A DNA stretch of 64,000 nucleotides, taken from NCBI RefSeq assembly GCF_022539665.2, contig NC_081333.1, positions 4,340,001-4,404,000 on the forward strand, given 5' to 3'. The translations under genes and the position numbers were made by a program. Positions 13,301-25,463 of this stretch are shown here, piece after piece. The DNA comes from Daphnia carinata. Lineage: Eukaryota. Numbering within the stretch: the first letter of the stretch is position 1; each line of letters starts with the position of its first letter. The notes under the pieces were generated by a model. The model was not told the DNA's origin. It made no database searches and saw only the letters and a list, made by a program, of their open reading frames with translations.

Positions 13301-14975
13301 CAAGCGGATGAAAGCCTTGGCACAGACGGTCACATCATGCAGGTACTGCTTATACGTCCACTTGATCCACTGTGATTCATTATCCCACGGCCGTAACAAA
13401 ATGATTACATAAAACAAAAAGTGAAAGTTTTGATTTAATTCCAATCATAGCGAAATTCGTATTACTATAGGTGAATAAATAATATCCATAAATGGAAGTA
13501 CGTACCTTTCCATCACGTTTGACGCAAAGCGCGAGATGATCCATATGTCTGGCTACGGTACGTTGCAGTAAGGTCGGCACCGAGAGCGGTGGGATCGAAC
13601 CCATACCTCGTTCATCAATCTTGAGCTTGACAGCGCCCGTCGCCGTCGTCGCCGTGTTCGAATCGGCCGGGAAAAGTTGGTCGGGACCTAGAAAAAAGAA
13701 CAAAAAATAAGAAAAACCTAGGCCAAGGGTGAACCACCACCATAGTTGAGGTCGTTTTAACAGCACGCTCAAGTCTCGTTCGTTACAATCCACACGAATT
13801 TGATTATTAACTATTACGAGTAACAGAAAAGAAACACATTGTCGTTTCAAGGCCCCGTCGTTACTAACTCGTTTAAGACACGATGTCATCGCTATTTTCA
13901 AAAGAAAAAAGCCTTTTAAAAAAATACACATATTTAAATACCTGGAGGCCACGTGTCTACAATGATGAATGGCTCTTATCAAAGCCTCCGTTTTCAACTA
14001 ACCTCTTTATTAACTCTCCCTGACCGAATATGGTTGGCACAGGAAATAATACTCAATGTCTCCATACCTTTAATTAATTCCTTCTGTGGTTGACGAATCT
14101 CGACAGCAACTGGCTTTGATTCGCTAATTTCCAAAACACTTCCCGTCCTTTTTTTGCTGTAAAAAAAAGGTTGTGCCTCATTGAAAAATTCTAAAAAAAA
14201 ATTCTAAAAATATCTCGTACCCCAAATCAGCGCAATCTTTGGTGACCTCAGCACTGACGATTGACGGCAATGGAGTGCTGTGCAAATGTTCCAGCAATCT
14301 ATGTTCCATCTTACTTGGCGGCGTGATATTAATCACAGTCGTTCCACTCTTTTGGTGTGCAAAACCGAAACAAATGTTTAAGCAACGCCCAATCACAAAG
14401 TGGGTCTACATTCCCGAGAAAAAAACATGGAATACCTTTTTGGTCGTGACGGTCATGTCGACCGGTGCAGCAATATCAGCAACATCGTTGGCAGCGGCCG
14501 TCATGTTGGCCATTATCTTGATGCTAGAAGAATCGACGTCCAATTGAAAGCCGCTGTCTTCACTCTCTATTCCATTGTTACTATCCTGTTCGTCTTTGAC
14601 CATCGTCAAATCCCAATCAGACCCTCTGGATTTCGATGAAAGTAATACAACACGTTTCGAGTCGCCTGATGGAACAATCGTGTGAATAAGTGGATCCTCG
14701 TGATGAATTCGTCTTGATTCAAAAGTCGTTTTGTTATTCATTTCACTGATGACGTCGCCGTAAGCCTAAAAGAGAAAACAGTTTCACACTTGCCCAATTT
14801 TCTTGGAAAATATTCTTCTCATTCATCATCTCACCTGTTTTCGGCGTGGAGTCATCTCGACAACAGAAGACATTGGCTGTTGGCCCTGTAATGAAAGGTC
14901 GGCTGCTGAAATAGCGTCTGCTTGATCGTGACTTGACGTCAACGAAGGCATGCTGCTCAACTGCTGCCTGGACAT
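10331..14975 (-). CDS. ACSBG2: Long-chain fatty-acid-CoA ligase, bubblegum/ACSBG family, multi-exon
   Basis: ILGFNSPEW, YT|SGTTGPPKGVMLNHDN, SYLPLSHVAAQ, GMSE, GRHVFMGYL, TGDVG, ITGRIK|EILITAGGENVAP, DFSIPGGEL|GPTMKVKR. The start at 14975 is inferred from in-frame spliced upstream exons and is less certain. Confidence 0.9.
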
Positions 14976-17900
14976 GCCTGTTTTATTGTTGTTTTCGGTA
15001 GAGGTGAAATGTACAAAGAAAAAACCGCAGAATCAGATCGTGACACGCAGGAAAAAAATCACAACACTAAAGAATACACAAAGATAGAGAACCTCCCGCA
15101 GTGTAAACACATGGGAGAGCAGAAAAATTAAATAGCCAAAAGAAAAAAAAATTATAAAAAATGAGCTTCGATCTCAATTAAACGTTGATCGCCCACCAGG
15201 TGGAACAACAATAACATCTAGAAATGAAAAAAAAAATGTTCAAACCGAAAAACTTTCCCCGCTTAAACGAAAATGGGCGTATGACGCCAGCACGCAATAC
15301 AACAAAGATTCCCACAAAAATTATTATAAAAACAAATCCAATTGTGGGATTAACACTTTAAAAAGTGGTAACGGGACAATGCAATCACTGTTAATGTTTT
15401 TCTTTGTCGATTGGATTAAACCTCAATAAAAAGCTGAGACGACATTTTCTTTTCTTTCACCCGACCCAAAAAAAAGTCAACAACGAAACAATAACCCGCA
15501 AAAACCTCAACACCTCAAGAACCCACAATTGTCCATTTTCCGCCAATTCACTCTGGCCAGAAAGAAAAAAGACAAGCAGCTGAGGAACTTCAATTAAAAA
15601 TAGTAGACGCGTGGTTGAATAATAAGTACTGAGATCGGTTACGATCGTTAAAACAAAGAGACCGTAACGCGGGAACTCGATCCTCTTTCATTCCACCATT
15701 TTCTTTCTTTTTTTTTTACGAGAAAAACACCTGTACACAAACATTCATGTGCTTTTTTTTAAATGAAAGGTTTGCTTACCTGAAGAAAAAAGTAAAGAAT
15801 CACCAAACGAGAAAACGTTGTATGGACTTGTTTCGCACGACGTCAAGCTCTGTTGATCTTTCTCCACAACTGGCAAGTCTCTCTGAAAACATAAAAAAGA
15901 AAGAAAATTTATTAAAATTGCATCAACACTAGAAAAACATGGGAGAAGCACTTAAAGGCTGGGTAAATAATAGGGGGGTCGGCCATCTTGGATTTCACAC
16001 ACTTGCGCAAAACAGGTAGAGACATAAAAATGAATAAAAGAAATTCGATCGGCCATATTTCTTTTCTGAAAGCTTATAACGAGGTAGAGAAATTGTAAAA
16101 CAAAAGACGTGACGAAAAAGGCTAACCAAATATTAAACCACATATGGGTAGATTAATGCCCTATGGCATCACAAAAAAACCCCACGTGGTCGTCACATAA
16201 ATTTCAACCTACTGACACACAAATTGATTGGGAGGGAAAAAGGATTTTTCTTTTTACTTACTCAACAATTGGGTGATGCTCCTTTGCACGTTTACTTAAT
16301 CGATCACATGCAAACCAAAAAAAAAAAAAATGAAACGACAACACACAAATGAATCCAAAGTTTAGCTGACCGATGCTGCTGACGCAGAATCCCGCAGCGC
16401 GTGAACGTGTTCTTTTTTTATCTTGGGAAATTCAAGAAAAAAAATAACAACGAACAGCGTATGCTATCTGGACGGGATTCCGACTAGGACTGAAGGCAAG
16501 AAGAAATTTTAAGTGGTTATGAAAGGGCTCTCTGTTTAGGAGCCACTCACAGATTGAGGGGGGGAGAAAGAACTTTTTGGCGGTTCTTAAACTTAATAAG
16601 CTCCGAGCTACGTTGCACATTTTTCAATCACAAATTAAATCGTTTGTTTTATTTTATTTTTTGTCGCCTTATTTTTTTTGTTGCCAATCCCCGCCAAAAT
16701 GAATTTCCAAAAATGTGGAAGGAGGAATGGTTAAAAAAAGAAAATGAAATGAAACATTTTATCCCTTTCAATTTGACTCAGCTGATTACGGGCCTGACAC
16801 GTGTCGATGCCCGTTGGCCAAACGAACAAATCGACTTGAGAAAATCGGTAGAAAGGGTAATTTCCAATTGCTACTTTCCATCCTAACGACCCCATACAAG
16901 GCGTCTCTTTCAATTGGAATTGGAAGTAAAGAGTTTATTTTTCTTTTTCAATTATTTTTTACGACGTGTGAGGTCGCCACTAATCGTCAGACACGATCAC
17001 GTCTGCTAGTGAGACTCAAAAGACGAAAGTGATTGTATACAACTTGATTTCGATATCGTTTCAGCTTGCAGTTTTGCCGACAAATGCATACTTTAACGCA
17101 TCTTTTAATAGTCGTCGGCATTTGCACTCAATGACGGCATGAATGCAAGAATATCGAAATAAAAATGCAGTTGATTACAGCCAACCACATGAGCTATGTA
17201 AAATGATGGAAAACTGGAAAGTCATTGCTCGTAAATCAAGTCAAGCGTGGACTCAAAGAGGAGACATTTTGTAACGGTTGTACGTTTTCACTAGTTCGCC
17301 AGCTCAGTTACAAAACTTGATTTTCCATCATAGTAGATAATGTTAGCCTGTAGTAAAACGTGAAACAATTTGAACACAAGAGAGAGAGAACGGAATGCGT
17401 ACGATACGAATCTTTATGAAAAAATACAAACAAGTGCCGAGAGCCGAAAGAATATGGAAATTTAGCAACCATCACGAAATGAAAATCAGATATAATATTA
17501 GGACAATTTTGTGAAAATATTTCGCCGAATACGAAACGTTTTTCTTCTCCAAGTGGCGTCCTTCTGTGCACAACAATAACGGAATTCCCTTCACCTTCTC
17601 CGGCCATGCCTATACACCTTTCATTCAGGTGAGATTCCCGCAGGGGCCTTCTTCTTGTAGTTACTTTTTTTAAGAAAAAAAACTAGAAGATATTTTGAGA
17701 TATCTATGAGAGGGGCGGGTCAAGGCTCGTCAGGTTGATTTGCATTGAGCCGACAACTCATATTTATGACTAAATAAATAAAAAAGGAAGAGTACTTACA
17801 ACTATTGAGATGGGAAAACAAAAAGAATTTTGGCAAGTTGATTACTAAAAAAAAAAAAACTTTCTCTTGATGGGCAAACAAAAAAAAAATGCAATTTTCT

Positions 17901-20126
17901 AGAATGTGTTTTGTATACACCTTGACTCAATGCGATGATCCTCTTTGTGTATCGAACTTTTCAATCAGATAAGCGAAATGAGGAGCTATATATTTCCATA
18001 ACGATTATTTCAATCGGTATATAGTAATAGCATGAGCGTGCGTGTATAGCTCCTCTATTGTTGTATACATATACAAAAGAAACTGTGTGTAGACCAGATT
18101 TTCTAGACACTAAAAAGCCGAAAGGCACAAACTTCAAATTTTCTTGGATATTCAAAATAATGATGCTCGGGCTGACGAGCAAAAAAAAAAAACAGCAGCA
18201 AAAAAAGTTCATTGATTTGAAAAAAAAAGGCAATTTCACCTGTGGACTCATTTTCTAAAAGGAGAGCCGACAGAAAAAAAGCAAATCACACAGCGCACCT
18301 GCCGGTTGAAAAACAAAATGTATAATGAAGTTTTAACTGATTCCGAACGCCATAATAATATGGGAACGCAGGATTGTGTGCAGTATATTACGCTAATGAC
18401 GTCAACACACACGACAGATGGTGGTTGACGAAGAAAACAACAAAAAATGTGTGTCTCTTTCTGTTGGAAAATTGCACAGAAAAGAAAACCAAAGGGTCAA
18501 GACCTTCCCTGAATTTTGCCACGGCGATGATGACGCACGGTCCAAACACCATCTTTCTCACTCCTCTTTAACCATTTTTCTAATCTAATCGGATGTTCTA
18601 TGACACACATTTTATAAAGCAATTGTTCTTTTTTTTTCTAGTCACGTCAACAAGAGTTCTTTGCCAACACGGATGGCCTCGAGCTGCTGAAGAAGATGTT
18701 CCTCAGGTAATTAGATGGCTTATACTGCAGGTGCGTCGTGCTTCATATAGATGACAAGAGCTCTCAAGTTTTATTATTGCTTTTCTTTTACAACTCTAGT
18801 GATGCTTTTCTTTTGAGTTAGAAGAATATTAGAAGATTGGGGTGAAACTATTTGGCGCACAAGCTACTGCCCTAAAATGATTCACACACTAAAAAATGGC
18901 GGACTGAGCAAAATGATTTTTTTGGCTAGATGGAACTGAGGTCTCAAAAGGATGTTGTAAATATTACGTTAGTCCCTATGACAGGCTGAAATATTGGAAA
19001 CAAATCTTAGCAGCTGTGGATATAAATCACTTACATAGTCGTATTGTCCTTAAAACTGAGTCTTTGTGTAACGGGTTTTTACTGCGTCGGACGTAGTCTA
19101 CCTTCGGAAAGGTAGGAAGAAAATAACACAACTCATTAAGGCAAGCCCGTCTCATTGATATGCATAACCATTCTGTTATACTTGCGTGGAACAGTAAAGT
19201 AGAAACCAGTCTTCTAGAAATGACGTCACGTAATGAAATGCAAGGCGGATAAATAGGGATCTACAAGCAAAATCGGAATGAAATTAAGGTTTTTTTTCCC
19301 ATTAACAACTTAAACTAGGGCGACGGGATCTCAATGGCACCAGTTTTTGTTTATACTCAGAGGGTGACTTTTGAAAAAGAGTTGATATTACGCAATCACG
19401 CACTCGTTTACATTTTCAAATCATTTGCTACTTTACATTCGAGCGTAAAATGAGGCAAAAAACTGGAGGGAATTTGTGCTGATCAGTCAACTGACTTACT
19501 AATCAAAGGGTGGCCCAATGTCTAATATTTTCCTTATGCATTGTTGCATATTAATGAGACTGATATATCACTTGTTTGTTGTTTTTTTTTTTTTGTTTTA
19601 ATTATTTTTTTTGCATTTACCTGGTTGTTGGTAGGTGAAATTTATTTGATGATGATGGAAGACGCCCAGCACGGTTGGATAGACGCGTTCCAGCAGATAA
19701 TTGGAGGTCAACGGAAATAAACAACAAAAAAAATTATTGTTTTTTTTTCAACAATTTTCTTCTGCTACGTTTTCACCTCAGATACAACACTGGTAACACG
19801 ATATGTTGAGGAATTCAAAAAAATAATAATAATTGCACAGGTGGATGTGATTACACGCGGATGCTGTGGGCGCTTGTTTGGCACAAGCCCTCGTGTTTTG
19901 AAAAAAATTCGATTACTATACACCGGAACGAAAAAAAAAACGAGACAAACAACAACACCCAAAAAAAAAAATTAACCAACAAGGAAGGTAACGTATGAAC
20001 GGCGGCACTGGAAAACAAAAAATGTTGCGTTCTTCAGGGTATTTTTTATTATGATATTCTGAGACAGACACAAGTGGCGATGGTTCCATTTATATAGTGA
20101 AGCATAGCCCCGCGGGCATAGCACCA

Positions 20127-20142
20127 GAGCCATCTAGCGGCC
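20127..20142 (-). promoter_or_regulatory. CTCF-like motif GGCCGCTAGATGGCTC between the divergent ACSBG and SAXO genes
   Basis: Close match to the CTCF consensus on the minus strand. Confidence 0.45.
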
Positions 20143-20690
20143 AAATATAACAATGGTTTCTTTTTACTTATTTATGATGGATTGGACAATACAAGAGGAG
20201 GATGTGCGGCGCTACCAAAAGTTCTACTAAGCGCGCATGATCGAAACCGGACATCCGGTATGTGTTCAACTCACCGTGACAATCGCACACGACACCCAGG
20301 GCCCAGCAACAAGCTCCTCACCGTTGGCTATCCGACAGTATATAATTTGGCTTGTGAAGGTAGAGTTGCTTCATTTCTAGTAGTTTCACGTCATCCGACA
20401 AGAACCCCTTCCCACCATATTCGCTTGTACGGACACAGAAAGACAGTAATTAAAAGCCAAGGCGTGTGTTCTGATTTTTAAATTATGCGTATCACCTTAA
20501 CATAGAAAAATTGTTATTGATCGAAAACAGAAGGAAATCAGGGTATTTTGAATGCACTTGCAATAAGCAAAAATATCCCTCATTTTCATTTCCGCGTCTA
20601 ATATTGTAACCTTGTTTCTTATTCTTTTTTAAGCAAAACAAAAAAAAAGGTGGACACGGTGAGAAGGGGAGGGCTGGGGTTTTTTTGTTT

Positions 20691-23600
20691 ATGGAACTAC
20701 CGGCTTTCGAGGAGAAATGCATTTGTCAAATCTGCACATGCGGGTAAGTCAAAACATTTGCCTCTTTTCTTTGACAATGTCGACTGCCTTACGTGTTGGA
20801 CGAAGTGTAAATTCACTCTGGGAGGAGGGTGGACTTACCAAAAATAGGAGGAAGGTCGTTCATACTGGCAAGACATTTCTGGATGATCACGAACTAGCCA
20901 CGATGGCCTCTCATGGACTCTGCGTCCTCGTGTAAATGTCATCTGATCTCTTGAAAGATACGAGAAAATTCTTCCTCTTTTAGTTGTACAAAAAAAAAAA
21001 AATGGTAGCAAACTGCGTTTTATCTGTTGGGTGCGAGATAGAAACATTAGACCTTGTCACTTTCTCCTTTCGACCTCTTTCACTGCCCGCCTCAGTAACA
21101 CAGAAAAAAAAAAGAGATTAAATTTAATGAATTTATCTAGTCACGTATAGCACATGTGCTATGATAAAAGTTAATTTTCAAGTCCGGTACCAGCTATTTG
21201 TCTACACATTTGGAAAAGATCAATGACGAACGGGAGGGGGATGTAACATAGTTTGATCAATATTTAAAGACAGTGATAGATAAGGAGGTGGGGGAGTAAA
21301 AGCTACCTTACGTTTGAAAGTGGCTTTTATGTGTACTTCATAAACACTAGCCACTGTGGTCCAGCACAAGGGGTGGGGCATTTGATTGAGAGAAAAACAA
21401 AAAAAGAATCCCCCCTTTCTTGTGTTTTATATTACAGCTGACACACGTCCAGACTTGTTATGGAACGATGGCGAGTTGGTGACCATTTCTAAAAGAAACG
21501 ATACAGAAATACAAGGATTTTTTTTGTTTACTGCCGAGAGGGTGGAATTCTTTTGGATCACGCACGGTAAAGGAGAGGGCATCACGCAAACGTATTTTCA
21601 TGCTTTGCGTGACACATGATGATGATGACCGCGAGAGAGGGGAAGCAAAAAGTTTCGAACTGTTTTTCTTACTCGGTAGTAGCCTATATATTTTTTTCTC
21701 GTTGAAAAGAGAAATCCGTAAGTCAATCATTTCGTTCTCCCCCCCCCCCCCCCTCGTCATGTGACTCGTCCATGTCCTAATTCAATTCGACAAGTTTTAA
21801 CCAAATTTCAATGTTTTAATTCGAAATGACTACGTTTCGGCATTGCAATAGCCTCGATTATTAACCACTACATTTAAAAAATAATTAGATTTAAAAAAGA
21901 AAGCAGCTAGATCAAACTTACCAACGGCAACGTAGTTACATGGTTACAGATCAGTCAGAAAATGTAACCAAAGTCCAGCAGAGTCAGGGTCATCGTTTGC
22001 TGGGGGCAATCATTGATTTATCGGTCCCAGCGAAGGATCAAAGTTGATTAATATTCTATCAATAGACGAATAGATTGTCTATGCAGCAGAGTCATGTACG
22101 TGTGAATGTAAAAAGAGAGAGAAATGTAAAAAAATAGTCTCAACAGACTGATTGAATTTCATTCGACTATCGGCTGGATCGGCATTCGGATGACAACAGA
22201 CGCCATCGTTGTCGCAAACACCCACAACAAGCAACCTTGGAAATTGGACCTGTTACCCGATCTGCCGAATTGTTGATGAATTCCAGTCTGGCCCAAAACG
22301 ACTACGCCCTGCCGGCCAGAGCAGCCGAACGGCCCGTCATTAAGAAGCTGGTGGACAATTTGCAGGTAGGCGGGCCTGGTATCACTATGGAAGCCAAGCC
22401 ATCGCTCAGGACGGATTATCCGGAATTTCAAGTCAAGAGACCCGTCATCCATCGATTGGTTGATCAACTGAAGACGTCAGGTGGCGCGGCCAGTGATGGC
22501 GAATTCGCTGCAACGACGCTCAGCCGAGATCAGTACAGGCCGTTCAGCAACGTCAGGAGGCCAGAAGGTGGTCGAAAATTGCGATCCTCGTTGAAAGTCA
22601 GAGGCAACCTTGACGCCGTGTCTACAAGTCATGATTATCAGGTATACTCAAATGTAAATAATCGAACCAAATGACCTCACCCGATCGGAGAAAATTCTTT
22701 TTAAATGCCACGAAAACGTTCAATTTCTTGGTCCAAAATAGCGCAATCCGAACAATGGGCTGACGTGTTTGAAAGTAGGGAAGTTCAATTTGGGTCAAGT
22801 TCAAATTAAAGCTGATTTTTATGCGCAATTCCGTGTGCAATCAGCCCCTCGGGCTTGGCAACCGATCCATCAGGGTCTTTTGAGTTTTTTGTTCTATCCT
22901 GTAGGGCCATAGGCTATCTGAATCGTCTACGTTTGGAATCAACCGCCAATCAATCCAAAACAAATCAGAACAAAGACAAACAAACCAAAAAACTAATAAT
23001 AATAATAAAGGAAATGGTTAAATTGATACACTAGTCGACCTCGTCCTACTCTTACACCATCAACCGGTTCACTTCCACGTCGCATGTTTTTTGATAACTC
23101 GAGTCAATCAGTTCAAAAAAGGATCCCGCTGACGAACTAATAAACATAATTAATAAAAGAAGTTAATTGTTTTTTATTTGTTTACCTTTTAAATTACAAG
23201 GATCACGAGAATTACGTCCGGCCAGCCAATCACCGAATCCCTGACAGCATTCAAATAGATGGCGGTAATGTTGCCGATTCCTCCGTGTCCAACGCTGATT
23301 TCCGTCAATTCAGCGTGGAGCGGCCAACGATCCGTCGGCTTCAAAGTTCGTTGAAAATCCCTGCTGGATCGATGGAGCAGAATCAGTCGCTGTCTCAAGC
23401 CACCTACAAGGAGATGCCCGTTTCGCGGCCCAAACGCCACCTACTGGCCGATCAGATCACTACCGGAGGAAACGGACAAGAAATGGCTAAAGCTGGGCAT
23501 TTGCACGAAGACTACAGGCAATTCGCGGCCGAGCGTCCGGTCATCAAGAAATTGCAGGACAATCTGGCCATACCACACTTGGCTAAATTCGAAGCGCACA

Positions 23601-24915
23601 ATGTCGATTATCCGGAACACGCCGACTACGCCAAACCCATCCGCAAAAAGTATACATTATTTTTTATTACACTTTCTCCTTTTTTGTTTGTGGTTTAGTT
23701 CAAACACCCGCCCCTTTTTAAGGTTTTGTTTGAAGCAGAGAGTTTACCGATTAGATTTAACTGCTTTGTTTACTGTTTTTTCTTTCGACACATCCGAAAT
23801 GTTGGAATAGCGTGTGCGGATCCATCGAAGCTTGTTGCATTTATCCTTTCCTTTTTTTTTTGTGTGTGGAAAATAATAGGATGGAAGACACGTTAAAATT
23901 CAGCGGATCCATGGAGCAAGCCTCGCAGTCACGCAAGGATTACGTGGAGTTTCACGCTGAGCGACCCGTCATCAAGAAACTGCAGGACAACATACCCGTG
24001 CATCCGTCCAACGGCTACACAGACGGGCAGCAACAGTCGACGCAGAGGGACTACGGGCAAGTCGAGTCCAAACGGCCCATCATCAACAAACTGCACGACA
24101 ATTTGAAGATGGAAGGCGACGTCGACTTGCAAACGGCCTATCAGAAATCCTACGTCCAAAAAGCCGATCCCGTGCGTCCAGAAATTAAGCGCATGCACAG
24201 CACGTTGGCCGTCCCAGGAGGAGATTTCACTACGGAATCCGTAGTCAAAGCGGATTATCCGGAACATCGGGTCCAGCGACCGACCATCGCCAAACCCGTT
24301 GGTCAGTTGCAGAGTCACGATTCATCTTGGGGTAGTAATGGGGCATCCAGACCAGCAGCCGGAATTCGTCGAATGAGTCAACATACTGACGCTCCAGCGG
24401 GAATGAATTATCTTCAAGCGGGACCAAACATGAATCGCGTCCGCCAGATGGAATCTTCAATTCATTTCGGATCGGGTAATTCGCCGGCAATGATGAGCGA
24501 AGCTCAGGATTCGTTTATTCCGCTGGATGGCGCTCTAAAGAGTCAATTGATGAGGCCGCGTACCAGCAATCGACTGCAAGATTGGAACGTTAGCGAACCT
24601 ACTGCTAGAGGTCGGAATCGAATGAATGCTGCCAACAATAATATGCAACAATCACCGCCAATGACCAGGGACCAAGTAGTTGCCCAACAGGCGAGGAGGA
24701 AGCATCAAGCGACCGAATCATCGTTGTCGTTGAATCAGGGCGGACAACCGGCCAACGAGACGGACGGATCTCTTTACAAAAAGAGCTTCACGTTACCGGC
24801 AATCGAGCCGTGTCCAGCCGCTGTGCTGCATGTGGATGACAAATCAAATTATGAGTTCACTAGAGAATTACATAATCATCGTTTCTATCGGCCCATCATT
24901 AACTCGATGGGTTGA
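20691..24915 (+). CDS. SAXO-family (STOP/Mn-motif) microtubule-stabilising protein (exons 20691-20743, 22200-22641, 23201-~23649, 23880-24915)
   Basis: Splicing gives MELPAFEEKCICQICTCG|RHRCRKH, the SAXO N-terminal Cys motif, followed by many repeats of (T/S)xxxxDY...RPxIxKLxDNL. Confidence 0.8.
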
Positions 24916-25463
24916 TAATTCAAATGATTTTTTAATTGATCCCCATTTAGAAATGACATGATCATTAGTTTTCCATCCTAAAAAAAAAAGTAGTGAAGAA
25001 TCTTCAAGTTTTTAACTTTTCAAAAATACTTTTCCGTATTTCCTGCTCTTTTAAAAAAAAAAAAACTTCAATCGCCTTTTGACTTTCGTCTGCTCGATGT
25101 TTTCTGACTCACCCTAACTGACCACAATACACTTTCCATCTTGAAAACCCATTCTGGAACTTTTGGAAAAACAATCTGGAACAAAAAAATTTTAATTATT
25201 TTGAAATACCATGATAAATGACTGAGAAATAAGTTACCTCAGCTTATCAGTGAATTCTATTATCAGAGCAATCTCAATCTTCTTATCTCTTCCTCATCCG
25301 TTTTGAACCGTCAACAAAGAAAAAACATGGTATCTCTAGGTTTGAGCTTTAAGATAAAGAACACTATGGAAAAAAAGGCAGTTGGCGCAGTACGCGGCAG
25401 ATAGAAGTGTATACTTTAGTCTGAATGGGGACTCCACCCAATTTTAAGTAAATTTAATTCAAG

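Noticed and set aside
15000..20600. Many 60-110 aa ORFs between ACSBG and SAXO
   Set aside because: Poly-A/T-driven low-complexity translations with no motifs; likely introns, UTR exons and regulatory DNA.
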